DNA of 64,000 bases from a virus (IMGVR_UViG_3300047510_002172:4915-68914), one strand, 5' to 3'; positions 50,645 through 60,716 are shown, counted from the stretch's first letter. Notes: generated by a model not told the origin, from the sequence alone. Program-made: numbers and translations.

Positions 50645-51769
50645 TTAACCGCTAAGCGGTATCGATCCGAGTGCTGAAATTAAGTCGGATAGATTTGTTA
50701 ATGTCGGGAAATTTGGTCCCTGTATACTTGCAGCAACAGTCTCTATTGTAGGCATAATAGGTACAAGAGAGCTTAAAGCCGGGTTATAAGAGGAAAGTAA
50801 TGAGTAAAGTGTTTGTAGAGCAGCTGCATTTGCAGAAGTAATTGTTGTGCCAGTACTTGTTGAGTAGTTACTTGGACTTTGAACAACGACATATGTATTA
50901 GAAGCTGAAGCTCCTAATGCTCCGACCGTTTGACCGGTGGTGTTAGTTACACCAATAAGATTGACGAGTATATTTGCATCCTCGTAATCTCCATATACAT
51001 TAGTATTAGATTGCGGATTTTCTGCGTAATCAAATATACGAGCAGAATCTTTATCAACGAATTGGGTATATTCCTTTGTTTCAAGTATTTTTGGTAGGTT
51101 ATTAAGATAGCCATCGCTCTTATTATCATATACTTGATCCATTTTAGCTTCCCGGGGGGCTTGTGGCTCGTAGCTATAATCGAATCGCTTGGCTTGTATC
51201 ATCCATATATAATGCCCAAGTAATTGATTACCGGTGCCTCCTTTTTGATCAACACGCTCAGTTATTTCATATATTTGACCACTTCTTCCATTAGGTCTAG
51301 ATTGCCCGTACTCTGAAAGCTCTATTAAATCCCCTGCTTTTGGTTCATATTGATATATATTAGTCACTCCACTTAAAGCAGACCCTGTTAAAGTGTTAGT
51401 AAATGTTTTAATTGCAATTAATGCAGTTAAATCTGCTGTACCTTGCAAGCCGAACTTACTTAAAATAACACTATCATTACTCAGTGTTATTGCGAAAATC
51501 ATAGATACCGGGGAAGCAAATCCAGCTAATGGCTGTTCTCCATAAAAATAATCATGTGCGGATAAAGAATACAAATTAACATAATAGTTAACTTTCATTC
51601 CAAATTGATTTATTTGCTCTGTCCACCAGTTTTGCCATAAGTTCTGTTCAAGAGCGTTATTAGTTACATCACTATAACGAAGACTACCAGACAAGCATTC
51701 TGCCCGGCCATTAGTTGTGGTAGGAGCTACGTACTGACCTGTATCGACACAGTAACTTGCAATAGACAT
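50645..51769 (-). CDS. gp14: Neck protein, T4 gp14-like
   Basis: 'EQINQFGMKVNYY...FYGEQP...LSKFGLQ...PKAGDLIEL...YEITE'. Located near the terminase and tail genes. Confidence 0.7.
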   Translation of the reverse strand: MSIASYCVDTGQYVAPTTTNGRAECLSGSLRYSDVTNNALEQNLWQNWWTEQINQFGMKVNYYVNLYSLSAHDYFYGEQPLAGFASPVSMIFAITLSNDSVILSKFGLQGTADLTALIAIKTFTNTLTGSALSGVTNIYQYEPKAGDLIELSEYGQSRPNGRSGQIYEITERVDQKGGTGNQLLGHYIWMIQAKRFDYSYEPQAPREAKMDQVYDNKSDGYLNNLPKILETKEYTQFVDKDSARIFDYAENPQSNTNVYGDYEDANILVNLIGVTNTTGQTVGALGASASNTYVVVQSPSNYSTSTGTTITSANAAALQTLYSLLSSYNPALSSLVPIMPTIETVAASIQGPNFPTLTNLSDLISALGSIPLSG

Positions 51770-51828
51770 TATAAAAATATTTACAGTTATTGTTACTTTT
51801 AAATAGAAGTAAGCTAAATATAATTACA

Positions 51829-52875
51829 ATGGCAAAATTAAAGAATTTAAGCGAGCTCGGTGATATCTATACTTCTAGTATACAGTCTACTGTTGTTGAA
51901 AAAGAAAAAGTACGCGATTATAATGATGTATTACTTACCGACACCACTAACTACTTGCCAGAAAGTACCATGCCTAAGGTAGGCGAAGGCTTTGGTAAGC
52001 AAAAGGAAGAGCTAGCTAAAGGCACCGGCCCTCAGGCTGCAGATAATTTTAAGAAAGTTACAGAAGAACAAGATCCAGGCGCATCTAAGAAGACAATGAA
52101 GAAAGATGATGCAAAAGATACAGAAAAAGCTGAAGAAGGCGAAGAGCACGAAGCCGGGGAAACAGAAAAAGAAATTAACGACGATGCTAAGAAGCATGTC
52201 AAAGCAGAAAAAGCAAGATTAACTACCCCTAAAGAAAAATTGCAAGAAGAGGTAGAATCTGGGTCGAAAAATACTAAATATAAGAAACAAACATTTACTA
52301 TGTCAAAGTCAAAATTCGATAAACTATACGAAGACGCCCTTAACGGCGCTCCTTTTGCAAAAGACGACGAAGCAACTCCTGTTGCTCCTGCTGACGATAT
52401 GGGTGGTGAAGAGCCTGTAACAGATACTGGCGCCGATATGGGCGGTGATTCCGTTACTATTACCCTTGATCGTGCACTTGCACAAAAACTTCATGACGCT
52501 CTTATGGGCCAACTCGGCGGCGGCGAAGAAACAGCTCCTGACATGGGTGATGCCGGTGCTGAAGCAGGTGATGAAACACCAATGGCAGAAGAAGACGAAG
52601 ATGACGCAATGGGCGAAGCAGTTGATGCCGAAGATCTTGGACATCCAGGACCTGGCCATCATGCAAAGTCTGAACAGCTTAAAGACGGCCACAAGATCCA
52701 CAAGGTTGGCGCTTTAAAGGCAGCCGGTGCTGCTTCTGAGCAGGGCGGACCAAAAGGCGGCGACGGTACCGTAAATAAGGCTAAAGACTTCGATAAGGGT
52801 CTTCAAAAGCCAACCGGTAACAATCAAGCCGGTAACCTCAAGGTAAGCAAAGGTACAGGCAACGCTTTCGAGTAA
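51829..52875 (+). CDS. Acidic, low-complexity protein, probably prohead core/internal head protein
   Basis: ATG 51829 lies 8 nt after TAAATA (the ORF track's TTG at 51790 is unlikely). Rich in E/D/K/G/A; terminator downstream. Confidence 0.6.
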   Translation: MAKLKNLSELGDIYTSSIQSTVVEKEKVRDYNDVLLTDTTNYLPESTMPKVGEGFGKQKEELAKGTGPQAADNFKKVTEEQDPGASKKTMKKDDAKDTEKAEEGEEHEAGETEKEINDDAKKHVKAEKARLTTPKEKLQEEVESGSKNTKYKKQTFTMSKSKFDKLYEDALNGAPFAKDDEATPVAPADDMGGEEPVTDTGADMGGDSVTITLDRALAQKLHDALMGQLGGGEETAPDMGDAGAEAGDETPMAEEDEDDAMGEAVDAEDLGHPGPGHHAKSEQLKDGHKIHKVGALKAAGAASEQGGPKGGDGTVNKAKDFDKGLQKPTGNNQAGNLKVSKGTGNAFE

Positions 52876-52896
52876 GATAAATTGACATAGAACTTT

Positions 52897-52925
52897 AAAG
52901 CTCGTTAGCAATAACGAGCTTTTTT
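52897..52925 (+). terminator. Intrinsic terminator between convergent genes
   Basis: AAAGCTCGTTA-GCAA-TAACGAGCTTT hairpin with a GNRA loop, followed by Ts. Confidence 0.85.
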
Positions 52926-52929
52926 ATTG

Positions 52930-54711
52930 TCAATATTTTAAATAGCCTGGATTACCTAAGTCAGGTAACATCTTAGTAGCCGTAGAGTAATTCGGCAACT
53001 GCCACCCTAAAGCCTTTAATTCATCTAAGTCTTCTGCTTCGTTTTCATTTGTCGGTATAAATACCGGGCTAAACGGTAATTCAACGTTTTTGTCTTTATT
53101 GAATTTATTATATAGTTCGGAAGGCTTAGGCATACTAACAATAAATGGGTCCCAGTTTGTTGGTACTATTTTTAAAGGCTTACCGTTATTATCTTTTTGA
53201 CTTACTTCAAAGAATTGCTCTACTACTTTAGTGTCTAGAATAAAAATAGCCCATATTAATGCTTCTACTCTATCATCTAAATATCTTTCATCTTGTTTCT
53301 TCCATACTCCATTGTCTTGTCTGATATAAGTTTTAAACTCTTCTACAGTTTGTTTATCGTTTATTTTTAAACACCTTAATACGTTCATCCAATATCTAAA
53401 GTTGGACATACTGTTAAACTTACTATTAGTATGGGAATATACTCCCATGCGATTGTCTTTTTCAGCTTTTTCATTATAAGACCCCATACTTGGAGTGTAT
53501 TTTACAATATTAGAATATTGATGGGTATGTATTAGGGCATCGATAACCTGTGCTCCGCAATTATTACGCTCTACTAGTAAAGGAGGGTTGCCCCATTGAC
53601 TAGCTATTTCAACAAGCTTACCTGCAAAATTAAACGGATCTAATTTGTTATAAGCATAGGTAGCTACTTGTTCTATAGCGGTTAAATCAGTTATATCTAC
53701 AACTTGTATTACTGAATTAGCTCTAGCAATACCTTCTCCGACGTCAACACCTATACTATAATAATGTCCGTCTTCTTTATCTTTATATATTTTATAATGG
53801 CCGTCCTCATCCACAAAAATCGGATCAGGTGCAATTCTACTTAACTCGTCAAGCTGATCTTTATCAAACACACTTTCCCCAACTGCTCTAAATTCATTAC
53901 CATACTCTTGATCAAAAGCGTCTTGGGAACCAAGGGCTCTCACAGTCATTTCCTTCCACTTTTCATCTCTACCAGGCACTTCCCACCAGTCAACTCTTTC
54001 ATAGTGCCATCCATTTTTATCTTCTACAGCTTCACTGTATATGTTATAAAATAAATTACCAACCCCATTAGGTGTTGATAACATAAAAATCTTAGATTTC
54101 TTAGATGAAGAAATTACCGGGAATACTGATTCCCAGAAGTCATTCATAAACTCTGAAGGAATAAATGCAGCTTCGTCAATGAGAAGACAGTTAATAGATT
54201 CACCACGAGCAGCATCAGATGTAGTAGTACTAATACCAATAGAACTACCATTAGCTAACTCCATACCTTCTTTAGCGTAATTTATAACACCCGGCTTTAA
54301 AAAGTTAGGTAACATTTCATAGGCTAAACGAATACGTTTAAATATATTTTTAGCTGTGCCTTCTTTATTGGCTATCAATAGTACTCTATAGTCATCGTTA
54401 AAGCATACCATCCATAAAGCAAATATAGTTAATAGGGTTGTCTTACCGATCTGTCTAGAAGATAAAACAATATTGAATCTATTTTCAACTAAGGATTTTA
54501 ATATACGCTTTTGATAAGGATAAAGCTTAATAGGCTGCTTACCTTCATCGAGATTTACTATATAAAAGAATTTAGAAAAATGTAATATAGACTTTCTAGC
54601 TCTTTCTAGATCTTCAACCATCTCTTGAGTCCATTCAAACTGAGTCTCTGGCGCAGGTAAGTTTTTATTACCTAGATAGAAGTTTTGATCTTTGTTTGGA
54701 CTTTTGGCCAT
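52930..54711 (-). CDS. gp17: Terminase large subunit (T4 gp17-like)
   Basis: 'LYPYQ', Walker A 'SRQIGKTT', Walker B 'LLIDEAAF', motif III 'STPNG', 'FDQEY', and nuclease motifs 'GVDVGEG', 'ERNN', 'DDRV'. Confidence 0.95.
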   Translation of the reverse strand: MAKSPNKDQNFYLGNKNLPAPETQFEWTQEMVEDLERARKSILHFSKFFYIVNLDEGKQPIKLYPYQKRILKSLVENRFNIVLSSRQIGKTTLLTIFALWMVCFNDDYRVLLIANKEGTAKNIFKRIRLAYEMLPNFLKPGVINYAKEGMELANGSSIGISTTTSDAARGESINCLLIDEAAFIPSEFMNDFWESVFPVISSSKKSKIFMLSTPNGVGNLFYNIYSEAVEDKNGWHYERVDWWEVPGRDEKWKEMTVRALGSQDAFDQEYGNEFRAVGESVFDKDQLDELSRIAPDPIFVDEDGHYKIYKDKEDGHYYSIGVDVGEGIARANSVIQVVDITDLTAIEQVATYAYNKLDPFNFAGKLVEIASQWGNPPLLVERNNCGAQVIDALIHTHQYSNIVKYTPSMGSYNEKAEKDNRMGVYSHTNSKFNSMSNFRYWMNVLRCLKINDKQTVEEFKTYIRQDNGVWKKQDERYLDDRVEALIWAIFILDTKVVEQFFEVSQKDNNGKPLKIVPTNWDPFIVSMPKPSELYNKFNKDKNVELPFSPVFIPTNENEAEDLDELKALGWQLPNYSTATKMLPDLGNPGYLKY

Positions 54712-54726
54712 ATTAGATACTTACCG

Positions 54727-54754
54727 TTGATATTATTTTATATACTGCTAATAT
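54727..54754 (+). promoter_or_regulatory. Putative sigma70-type promoter (TTGATA-16nt-TAATAT with TGn extension)
   Basis: TTGATA at 54727-54732, TG at 54746-54747, TAATAT at 54749-54754 and ATG at 54760. Confidence 0.4.
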
Positions 54755-54759
54755 ATTAC

Positions 54760-55413
54760 ATGTTTACACCAAGTATTGTTGCTCTTCCAGAAGAACTACT
54801 ATTAACTCAGCCTATTAAAGACGAAAGTCTCTTGTTAACATGTCAGCTAACTCAATTTGACAGAGAAGGTTACGAATTACTACCAATTGAGCAAGAATAC
54901 TATAAAGCTAATAATATTAATCTACATGCAGAGCAAGTTTTTGCGTTAGAATCAGGAAGCGCTGAAGGCTGGCAAGCATCTCTACAAAAATGGTTTGTGC
55001 AGGAAACAGAACATCCAGAATATAAACTCGATCATTCTTTCTTTGTAACGCGTTACGGATTTGAAGGAGAGGCTAAAGAACAACTTAAAAGGTTATCTAA
55101 AACTAGACCAGAACTCAAAAAACTTTTAAATATTATCCCTAAATGGGGTACAGATTTTTGTGTGGATCTTATTACTGCTGATGAGTGTTTTGAATTAATA
55201 CACTGGGAATGGGACTTTAGAGATGTATACGAGCTACAGCACCATGTAGAAACTATGGAACATGTTATAGAAACCACTGACTGGAAATCAGTAGAAAATG
55301 CAGTCAGATACTTTAATCAATACAACCACAATGCAGATTCAGAAGCAGAGGGTAATTTTAAAGCTAATCTGTTTGGTCTACCTAGAGCTATAAGACTGTA
55401 TAAAGGTTTTTAA
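54760..55413 (+). CDS. Hypothetical phage protein
   Basis: The probable start is ATG 54760 (MFTPSIVALPEE...), because the longer ORF would overlap the terminase start. Globular composition; no recognised family. Confidence 0.7.
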   Translation: MFTPSIVALPEELLLTQPIKDESLLLTCQLTQFDREGYELLPIEQEYYKANNINLHAEQVFALESGSAEGWQASLQKWFVQETEHPEYKLDHSFFVTRYGFEGEAKEQLKRLSKTRPELKKLLNIIPKWGTDFCVDLITADECFELIHWEWDFRDVYELQHHVETMEHVIETTDWKSVENAVRYFNQYNHNADSEAEGNFKANLFGLPRAIRLYKGF

Positions 55414-56156
55414 GTTTTTACGTCAAAAACTTTTTCAAACGTCTTTGGTGCTTCTTTATAGCTTTTCTGGCTTTCATCGTTCTTATCTTTGGTAAATTGC
55501 CAGTTAAAACAGAGGTCATCTACGACCTTAAAACCGTAAAAATTTAATACTTGTTTTTGAGTATTAATTACATTTTCACCGTTCCAGTTTTGTCCAATAG
55601 CAATTATACCAACATCTTTGTCTTTAATAATATTATCTTCTTCTAAAGTGGTGTGCCTATTTTCAAGCCAGTCTAAACGTTCAATAAGTTTTTGATAGAT
55701 ACTATTTGTCTGGCCCCAACGAATACTAATAAAAAACATAACACAGTCAGCTTCAAATAGCGGGCTAGCTATTTTCCACAGCTCATCGTCTTTATTGTTG
55801 TAAGATGCCCAGCACCGAAGATTGCCAGTAGGGTTCTTTTCTTTATCTTTAAGAGCAGCATCTTTAACTCCGCAATTATTACCATCTGCTCTACTAACAT
55901 TACCCTCGCAGCAGTATATAGTTAATTTACTAACATCTATTATCTCTACTTTATCCCCTACTTCAGATTTAATATGTTCAGCTAAAAGCGTACTTTTGGG
56001 TTTTTCTTTATCTCCTTCCCAGCGATTAGACGTGGTTAGAAATAGTATCTTATCTTTATTTTTAAGATACTTAACAATATTATCCAGTTTCTGCTTATAG
56101 ATGTCTGGATTATTTGTATTAACAATATCTTCAAAGAGTTTTAAATATGTGCTCAC
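55410..56156 (-). CDS. Flavodoxin-fold NAD(P)H-dependent FMN reductase / iron-sulfur flavoprotein-like protein
   Basis: 'ILFLTTS.R...STLLA...IDVSKLTIYCCEG...C...CW...DEL..I...L.EAD...F...IRWG...YQKLIERL...KDVGII'. GTG start. Confidence 0.7.
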   Translation of the reverse strand: MSTYLKLFEDIVNTNNPDIYKQKLDNIVKYLKNKDKILFLTTSNRWEGDKEKPKSTLLAEHIKSEVGDKVEIIDVSKLTIYCCEGNVSRADGNNCGVKDAALKDKEKNPTGNLRCWASYNNKDDELWKIASPLFEADCVMFFISIRWGQTNSIYQKLIERLDWLENRHTTLEEDNIIKDKDVGIIAIGQNWNGENVINTQKQVLNFYGFKVVDDLCFNWQFTKDKNDESQKSYKEAPKTFEKVFDVKT

Positions 56157-56159
56157 TTA

Positions 56160-56171
56160 GTAAATATTTAC
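56160..56171. promoter_or_regulatory. Palindromic bidirectional late-promoter-like element GTAAATATTTAC
   Basis: Perfect 12-bp palindrome giving TAAATA on both strands, 8 and 10 nt before the divergent starts at 56156 and 56177. Confidence 0.65.
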
Positions 56172-56176
56172 AAGGC

Positions 56177-57226
56177 ATGGAACCATCTGCAAACACAACT
56201 ACATACGAATTTCATACCGATTTGAATCCGGTTATCTGGGATGGGGTAGTATTAAAGCCAGAGATTAGAGACAAATTAATGGATATAGCATCAGCATTTA
56301 TAGATTTTATAGAAATAGATATTGATGTTGTTGATGTTATTATAACTGGTTCATTAGCAAACTATAACTATACAGTATATAGTGATTTTGACTTGCATAT
56401 TCTTACTGATTTTTCTGAGTATAAAGCAGACCCAAAACTCTTAAAAGACTATTTTGGAGCAAAGAAGACTGTATGGAATACCACTCGTAATATAACTATA
56501 AAAGATTATCAAGTAGAATTATATGTACAAGATGTTTCTGAAGCACATTATTCTACAGGAGTGTACTCTTTAAAAAGAAGTGAATGGATAGTAGAGCCTA
56601 AACCTATTACAAATGTAACAGAAGTAGATAAAAAATTGGTTTTAACTAAAAAACAAGCAATGTTAGATATTATTAAATATGCTCTTAGCCCAGAGTGTAC
56701 TATAGAAAATGCAGAAAATGCTAAGGAAAAGTTTATGAGTATGCGTAAGATAGGTCTAGAAAAAGGCGGCGAATTTTCAGCTGAGAACTTAGCTTACAAA
56801 GAATTGCGCAGAGAAGGCTGGATAGATAAGTTAATCAAAGGGGTTATATCTAAGAAAGATGTTAGACTTTCTCTAGCTGAAGAAAAATTTAAAAATTACT
56901 TTTCTCTAAACAGTCAAGAAAAGAGAGGGCCGCGTCATAGAAGCTTAATGGCAGGGGTCAATAGTATGACTAATACTAAGGGTAAGAGTGTGCGTATGAT
57001 AGCGAAGAGTCATACAGACCAGGAAACACCTTTTCCAAAAATAGAAAATTTAAAAGCAAAAAAGAACGGAATAGTACCATTGACCCCAGACGAAGCTCGA
57101 GGTATAGCTGCTTATTACGATATAGATCTAGAAAAAATTAAAACAACTCCACGCGGGTTAAGTACAAGTAGTATTAAAATAGCGTTCAATCCTACTGCTA
57201 ATACATTTATACTAACTAAATCATGA
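56177..57226 (+). CDS. Pol-beta-superfamily nucleotidyltransferase
   Basis: 'ITGSLANYNYTVYSDFDLH' (hG-S...DxD) with a third acidic residue in 'VELYVQD'. The likely start is ATG 56177. Confidence 0.75.
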   Translation: MEPSANTTTYEFHTDLNPVIWDGVVLKPEIRDKLMDIASAFIDFIEIDIDVVDVIITGSLANYNYTVYSDFDLHILTDFSEYKADPKLLKDYFGAKKTVWNTTRNITIKDYQVELYVQDVSEAHYSTGVYSLKRSEWIVEPKPITNVTEVDKKLVLTKKQAMLDIIKYALSPECTIENAENAKEKFMSMRKIGLEKGGEFSAENLAYKELRREGWIDKLIKGVISKKDVRLSLAEEKFKNYFSLNSQEKRGPRHRSLMAGVNSMTNTKGKSVRMIAKSHTDQETPFPKIENLKAKKNGIVPLTPDEARGIAAYYDIDLEKIKTTPRGLSTSSIKIAFNPTANTFILTKS

Positions 57227-57819
57227 GTGTTATTGAACAATCTATACTTAATAAAAACAGAAAAGATAAATTTCTGCTAGTAATAAATTTACCAGACGCT
57301 TTAAAAGAAATAAACACAGCTGGGCAGAATACAAGAAGTAATGGTACCTTAGATTTAGATAAATTACAGTTTTCAGTATATGGAGCTGTTGTACCGCCAA
57401 CTACTATACCTGCTGTTGAGGTGCCTTTTGCGGGGCAGAGCTTAAATGTGACAACCGGTAAAAAACAAAATTACAGTGAAATAACAGTAAACTTTACTGT
57501 AGATAACGGGTTTAACAACTGGTGGGTGTTGTGGAAATGGTTAAATTATATTAATAATGCTGTTTATGGATATTTTGACGTAGAGGGCATATCTACCCAA
57601 CTACCCCGTACATTTGTGAGTACAGCTAATTTGCAGCCCTACCAGACTAAAATTACTGTATTTGGCCTAGATGAATACAATGTTAAAAAAATCCAGTGGA
57701 CATACGGTAAGGCATTTATAACTGGTTTAAATGGTATAAATTATAGTTACAGAGACCCGGAACAAATAGAATCTTCTTTTACATTTTCATTTAGTCAGTT
57801 AGCAACAGAATTACTGTAA
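57223..57819 (+). CDS. gp3: Tail completion / tube terminator, T4 gp3-like
   Basis: 'QFSV....VP..TIP..EVPF.G........YSEITVNFTVD..F.NW..L.KWL' tube-fold signature, immediately upstream of the sheath gene. Confidence 0.6.
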   Translation: MSVIEQSILNKNRKDKFLLVINLPDALKEINTAGQNTRSNGTLDLDKLQFSVYGAVVPPTTIPAVEVPFAGQSLNVTTGKKQNYSEITVNFTVDNGFNNWWVLWKWLNYINNAVYGYFDVEGISTQLPRTFVSTANLQPYQTKITVFGLDEYNVKKIQWTYGKAFITGLNGINYSYRDPEQIESSFTFSFSQLATELL

Positions 57820-57848
57820 TTACGGTAACATTTCATTCCGAAAAAGCC

Positions 57849-57854
57849 TAAATA
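57849..57854 (+). promoter_or_regulatory. Late-promoter-like TAAATA before the sheath gene
   Basis: CTAAATAAT with the hexamer 16 nt before ATG 57871. The same CCTAAATAAT occurs at 60181 before the tube gene. Confidence 0.6.
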
Positions 57855-57870
57855 ATAGTATAACACTACT

Positions 57871-60180
57871 ATGGCTAACAGACGTTCTATAAATTCCCCA
57901 GGCGTAGAAATCCGCGAGATCGATCTCAGTACAAGAGCGACAACTCCCAACGGTACAAGTATTCTTGTTGCCGGCTTTGCACCACAAGGCCCTACTTCTG
58001 AAATTCTTAATATTTCAACTATAGCTGAATTTGAAAATATATATGGTACCCCTACCAATGCAGCAGAGCGTTATTTTTATTATTCAGTAAGACAATTATT
58101 TACAGGTGGTACGAACGCAACAGTAAATGTTGCTCGCTTACCTTACGGAGCCTCCGCCGGAGAAGGATTTTCCAGTAAGTACAGTGCTTTAGTTTTTCCA
58201 GTTATACCGACTGCAACAGCAGGGGCATCTGCCCTGAGTGCGCAACTAGGCGGTGCTGCAACTAACCTTAGTGCAGCTAACTATTACTATTTTGCAAAAC
58301 CAACTTTACTTGAATTATCAGAAAATGACTACACTACTATTAAGCAAGGCGGAATTAACTGGTCTACAACTGGAGCTGGTTCTGCAATGCCTAGTATTAC
58401 CAGTGTTAACTCTCTTACTGGTAACGGTATAGGGTTGGTAGTATTAAATGATGCAAAGACCACAATTAACGAAAAATTTGAAGGCTATTATTTAAATCTA
58501 GCAGACAATACTAACTTAAACCCATCTACAGCCTTTGATGATGCTAAGGACATTAAAACAATTACCTCTGAAGGGGCAGCAATTTCTAGCTATAGTACAA
58601 TTCCAAATACACGTTTAGGATTTTCAGTAAGCGCAACTTCTACAGGCGGTATAGACAGTTTATCAGAAACTATCGAAAACATACCGTCTTATAATATAGC
58701 CACTGGTAGCGGATACGACGACACCGCAATCTTTTCTCTTTTCAAAGTAAGAGTTACCCCATTTGAAAAGAATTCATTAACATTAAGTTATGTATTACAA
58801 GAAGGCTATACTTCTTCTTTCTACGCTAATCGTACTATACAAGATCCAAACGGCGGACAACCTCTTAATAATTTCGTCAGTACAGTTGTTAATGACGCCT
58901 CACCGAACCTCACAGTATTAGTAAATCCTTATATTAGTAATAATACTACTTGGCTAGATGCTAGTGGTAACGCTCAAAAATATATTAGAGTGCTTACCCA
59001 ATCTCTTGCCACCACTGTAACAGCTGCAGTTTCTGCTTCTACCTACGGCGGGGCAGATAGTCTATTTCCTCTCGGTGTTTATGCTCAGACTTTAGACACT
59101 ACTAGTAATAAGGTTATCGGCAGCGTGTCAACAAAGCTCGACACTGTTCTCAATCTTGCTGAAAATGCAGATGTAATAAACATCGACGTAATTGCCGACG
59201 GCGGTCTCTCTACAATTGCAGCTGCAGTTGCAACAGCACCGTTAAGTACTAACGGGGTTTATGATGATATTGTTTTTAGCGGCGAACTTAAGACTCAAAT
59301 CGACAATCTATCGGATACTACCGGTACATATAGTGCAGGTACAGTTGTCTCAGCTTGGCTCGATGTAACGAACAAGTTTAGTCAATTTGCACAATTCCGC
59401 CGTAAAGATTGCGTATACATCTCTGACCCAATACGACACATCTTCGTACAAGGGGAAAATTATAAGACTTTAGATGATAAATCTAAAAACTTCTCAAATA
59501 ATATCTACTGGCCACTACGCAATCTTTACACCAATTACAATACTAGCTATTCTGTAGCATACGGTAACTGGGTAAAGGTTGTAGATGGTTTTAGTACTAA
59601 GCCAGTATGGGTTCCGTTCTCTGGTTTTGCAGCAGCAATCTATACAAGTAATGACGCAGTTGCTTATCCTTGGGGCGCACCGGCTGGGTTAAACCGCGGT
59701 GTTGTTACCGGTATAACTGATATAGCGGTAAACCCACAACAAAAACAACGAGACCTTCTTTATAAGGTATCTATTAATCCTGTTGTAAGTTTCCCAAATG
59801 AAGGTACAGTAATTATGGGTCAAAAGACTCTACTTAAGGCACCAAGTGCATTTGATCGTATTAATGTACGTCGTCTATTCTTATATCTAGAAAAGTCAGT
59901 ACTTAATACTACAAAGTACTTCGTATTTGAACCAAATACGACCTTTACTCGTAGCCGTCTCGTTAATACAATTACCCCTGTATTTGATCTAGCTCGTAAT
60001 ACTCAAGGGGTGTTTGATTACTTAATTGTATGCAATGATACTAATAATACTGCAGAACTTATTGATGATAATACGCTTGTGGTAGACATTTATATCAAGC
60101 CAACTCGTACAGCAGAGTTTATCTTGGTAAACTTCTACGCAACTCGTACTAACCAAAACTTCCAAGAGTTATTACAATAA
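57871..60180 (+). CDS. gp18: Tail sheath protein (T4 gp18-like)
   Basis: 'SPGVEIREID', 'GFAPQGP', 'RKDC...D', 'PWGAPAGLNRG', 'INPVV', 'GQKTL...SAFDRINVRRLF', 'FEPN' and 'IKPTRTAEFI'. Confidence 0.95.
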   Translation: MANRRSINSPGVEIREIDLSTRATTPNGTSILVAGFAPQGPTSEILNISTIAEFENIYGTPTNAAERYFYYSVRQLFTGGTNATVNVARLPYGASAGEGFSSKYSALVFPVIPTATAGASALSAQLGGAATNLSAANYYYFAKPTLLELSENDYTTIKQGGINWSTTGAGSAMPSITSVNSLTGNGIGLVVLNDAKTTINEKFEGYYLNLADNTNLNPSTAFDDAKDIKTITSEGAAISSYSTIPNTRLGFSVSATSTGGIDSLSETIENIPSYNIATGSGYDDTAIFSLFKVRVTPFEKNSLTLSYVLQEGYTSSFYANRTIQDPNGGQPLNNFVSTVVNDASPNLTVLVNPYISNNTTWLDASGNAQKYIRVLTQSLATTVTAAVSASTYGGADSLFPLGVYAQTLDTTSNKVIGSVSTKLDTVLNLAENADVINIDVIADGGLSTIAAAVATAPLSTNGVYDDIVFSGELKTQIDNLSDTTGTYSAGTVVSAWLDVTNKFSQFAQFRRKDCVYISDPIRHIFVQGENYKTLDDKSKNFSNNIYWPLRNLYTNYNTSYSVAYGNWVKVVDGFSTKPVWVPFSGFAAAIYTSNDAVAYPWGAPAGLNRGVVTGITDIAVNPQQKQRDLLYKVSINPVVSFPNEGTVIMGQKTLLKAPSAFDRINVRRLFLYLEKSVLNTTKYFVFEPNTTFTRSRLVNTITPVFDLARNTQGVFDYLIVCNDTNNTAELIDDNTLVVDIYIKPTRTAEFILVNFYATRTNQNFQELLQ

Positions 60181-60194
60181 CCTAAATAATATAT

Positions 60195-60716
60195 ATGTCA
60201 CAAACTATTCAAGACTTTTATAGAGTAGCTCAACAGAGAGATTTTGCTAGAGATTACATGTTACGTGTAGTCTCTATTGGGGAAGACACATTCGGGGAAG
60301 ATGATTTTGTATATATTACAACAGCAACTTTACCTGATAGAACTATATCTAATCAAGTTGCTACCTACATGGGCCTCGATTTTAACGTGCCTGGCACTGC
60401 AAAGTATAATGGTAGTAATAACTGGAGTGTACAGTTTAGAGCTGATAAAAACGGCCTATTACGTAAAAAACTTGAAGATTGGCAAATCGGTAAAGTATTT
60501 GACGATGAAACCAGTACAGGAGATCTAGCTCCACGTGGAATCGATAAAGTTATTGAGTTAAATTTAATTAATGATAAATTAGATATTGTTAATACGTATA
60601 AGCTTTACGGCGTATATGTAGTAACTCTAGGTAGCATTGGATATAACATTGCAGGCACAGGGGCTCCGTTAACGTTTAACGCATCTCTTGCGTATCATTA
60701 CTGGAGACACGAATAA
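60195..60716 (+). CDS. gp19: Major tail tube protein (T4 gp19-like)
   Basis: 173 aa directly after the sheath gene; 'TATLP...YMG...PG...WSVQF..D...R..LEDW...YKLYG'. Has its own promoter motif and terminator. Confidence 0.85.
   Translation: MSQTIQDFYRVAQQRDFARDYMLRVVSIGEDTFGEDDFVYITTATLPDRTISNQVATYMGLDFNVPGTAKYNGSNNWSVQFRADKNGLLRKKLEDWQIGKVFDDETSTGDLAPRGIDKVIELNLINDKLDIVNTYKLYGVYVVTLGSIGYNIAGTGAPLTFNASLAYHYWRHE

Noticed and set aside
52930-54711. Intein or intron in the terminase
   Set aside because: 593 aa with normally spaced motifs, and no intein termini or homing endonuclease seen.
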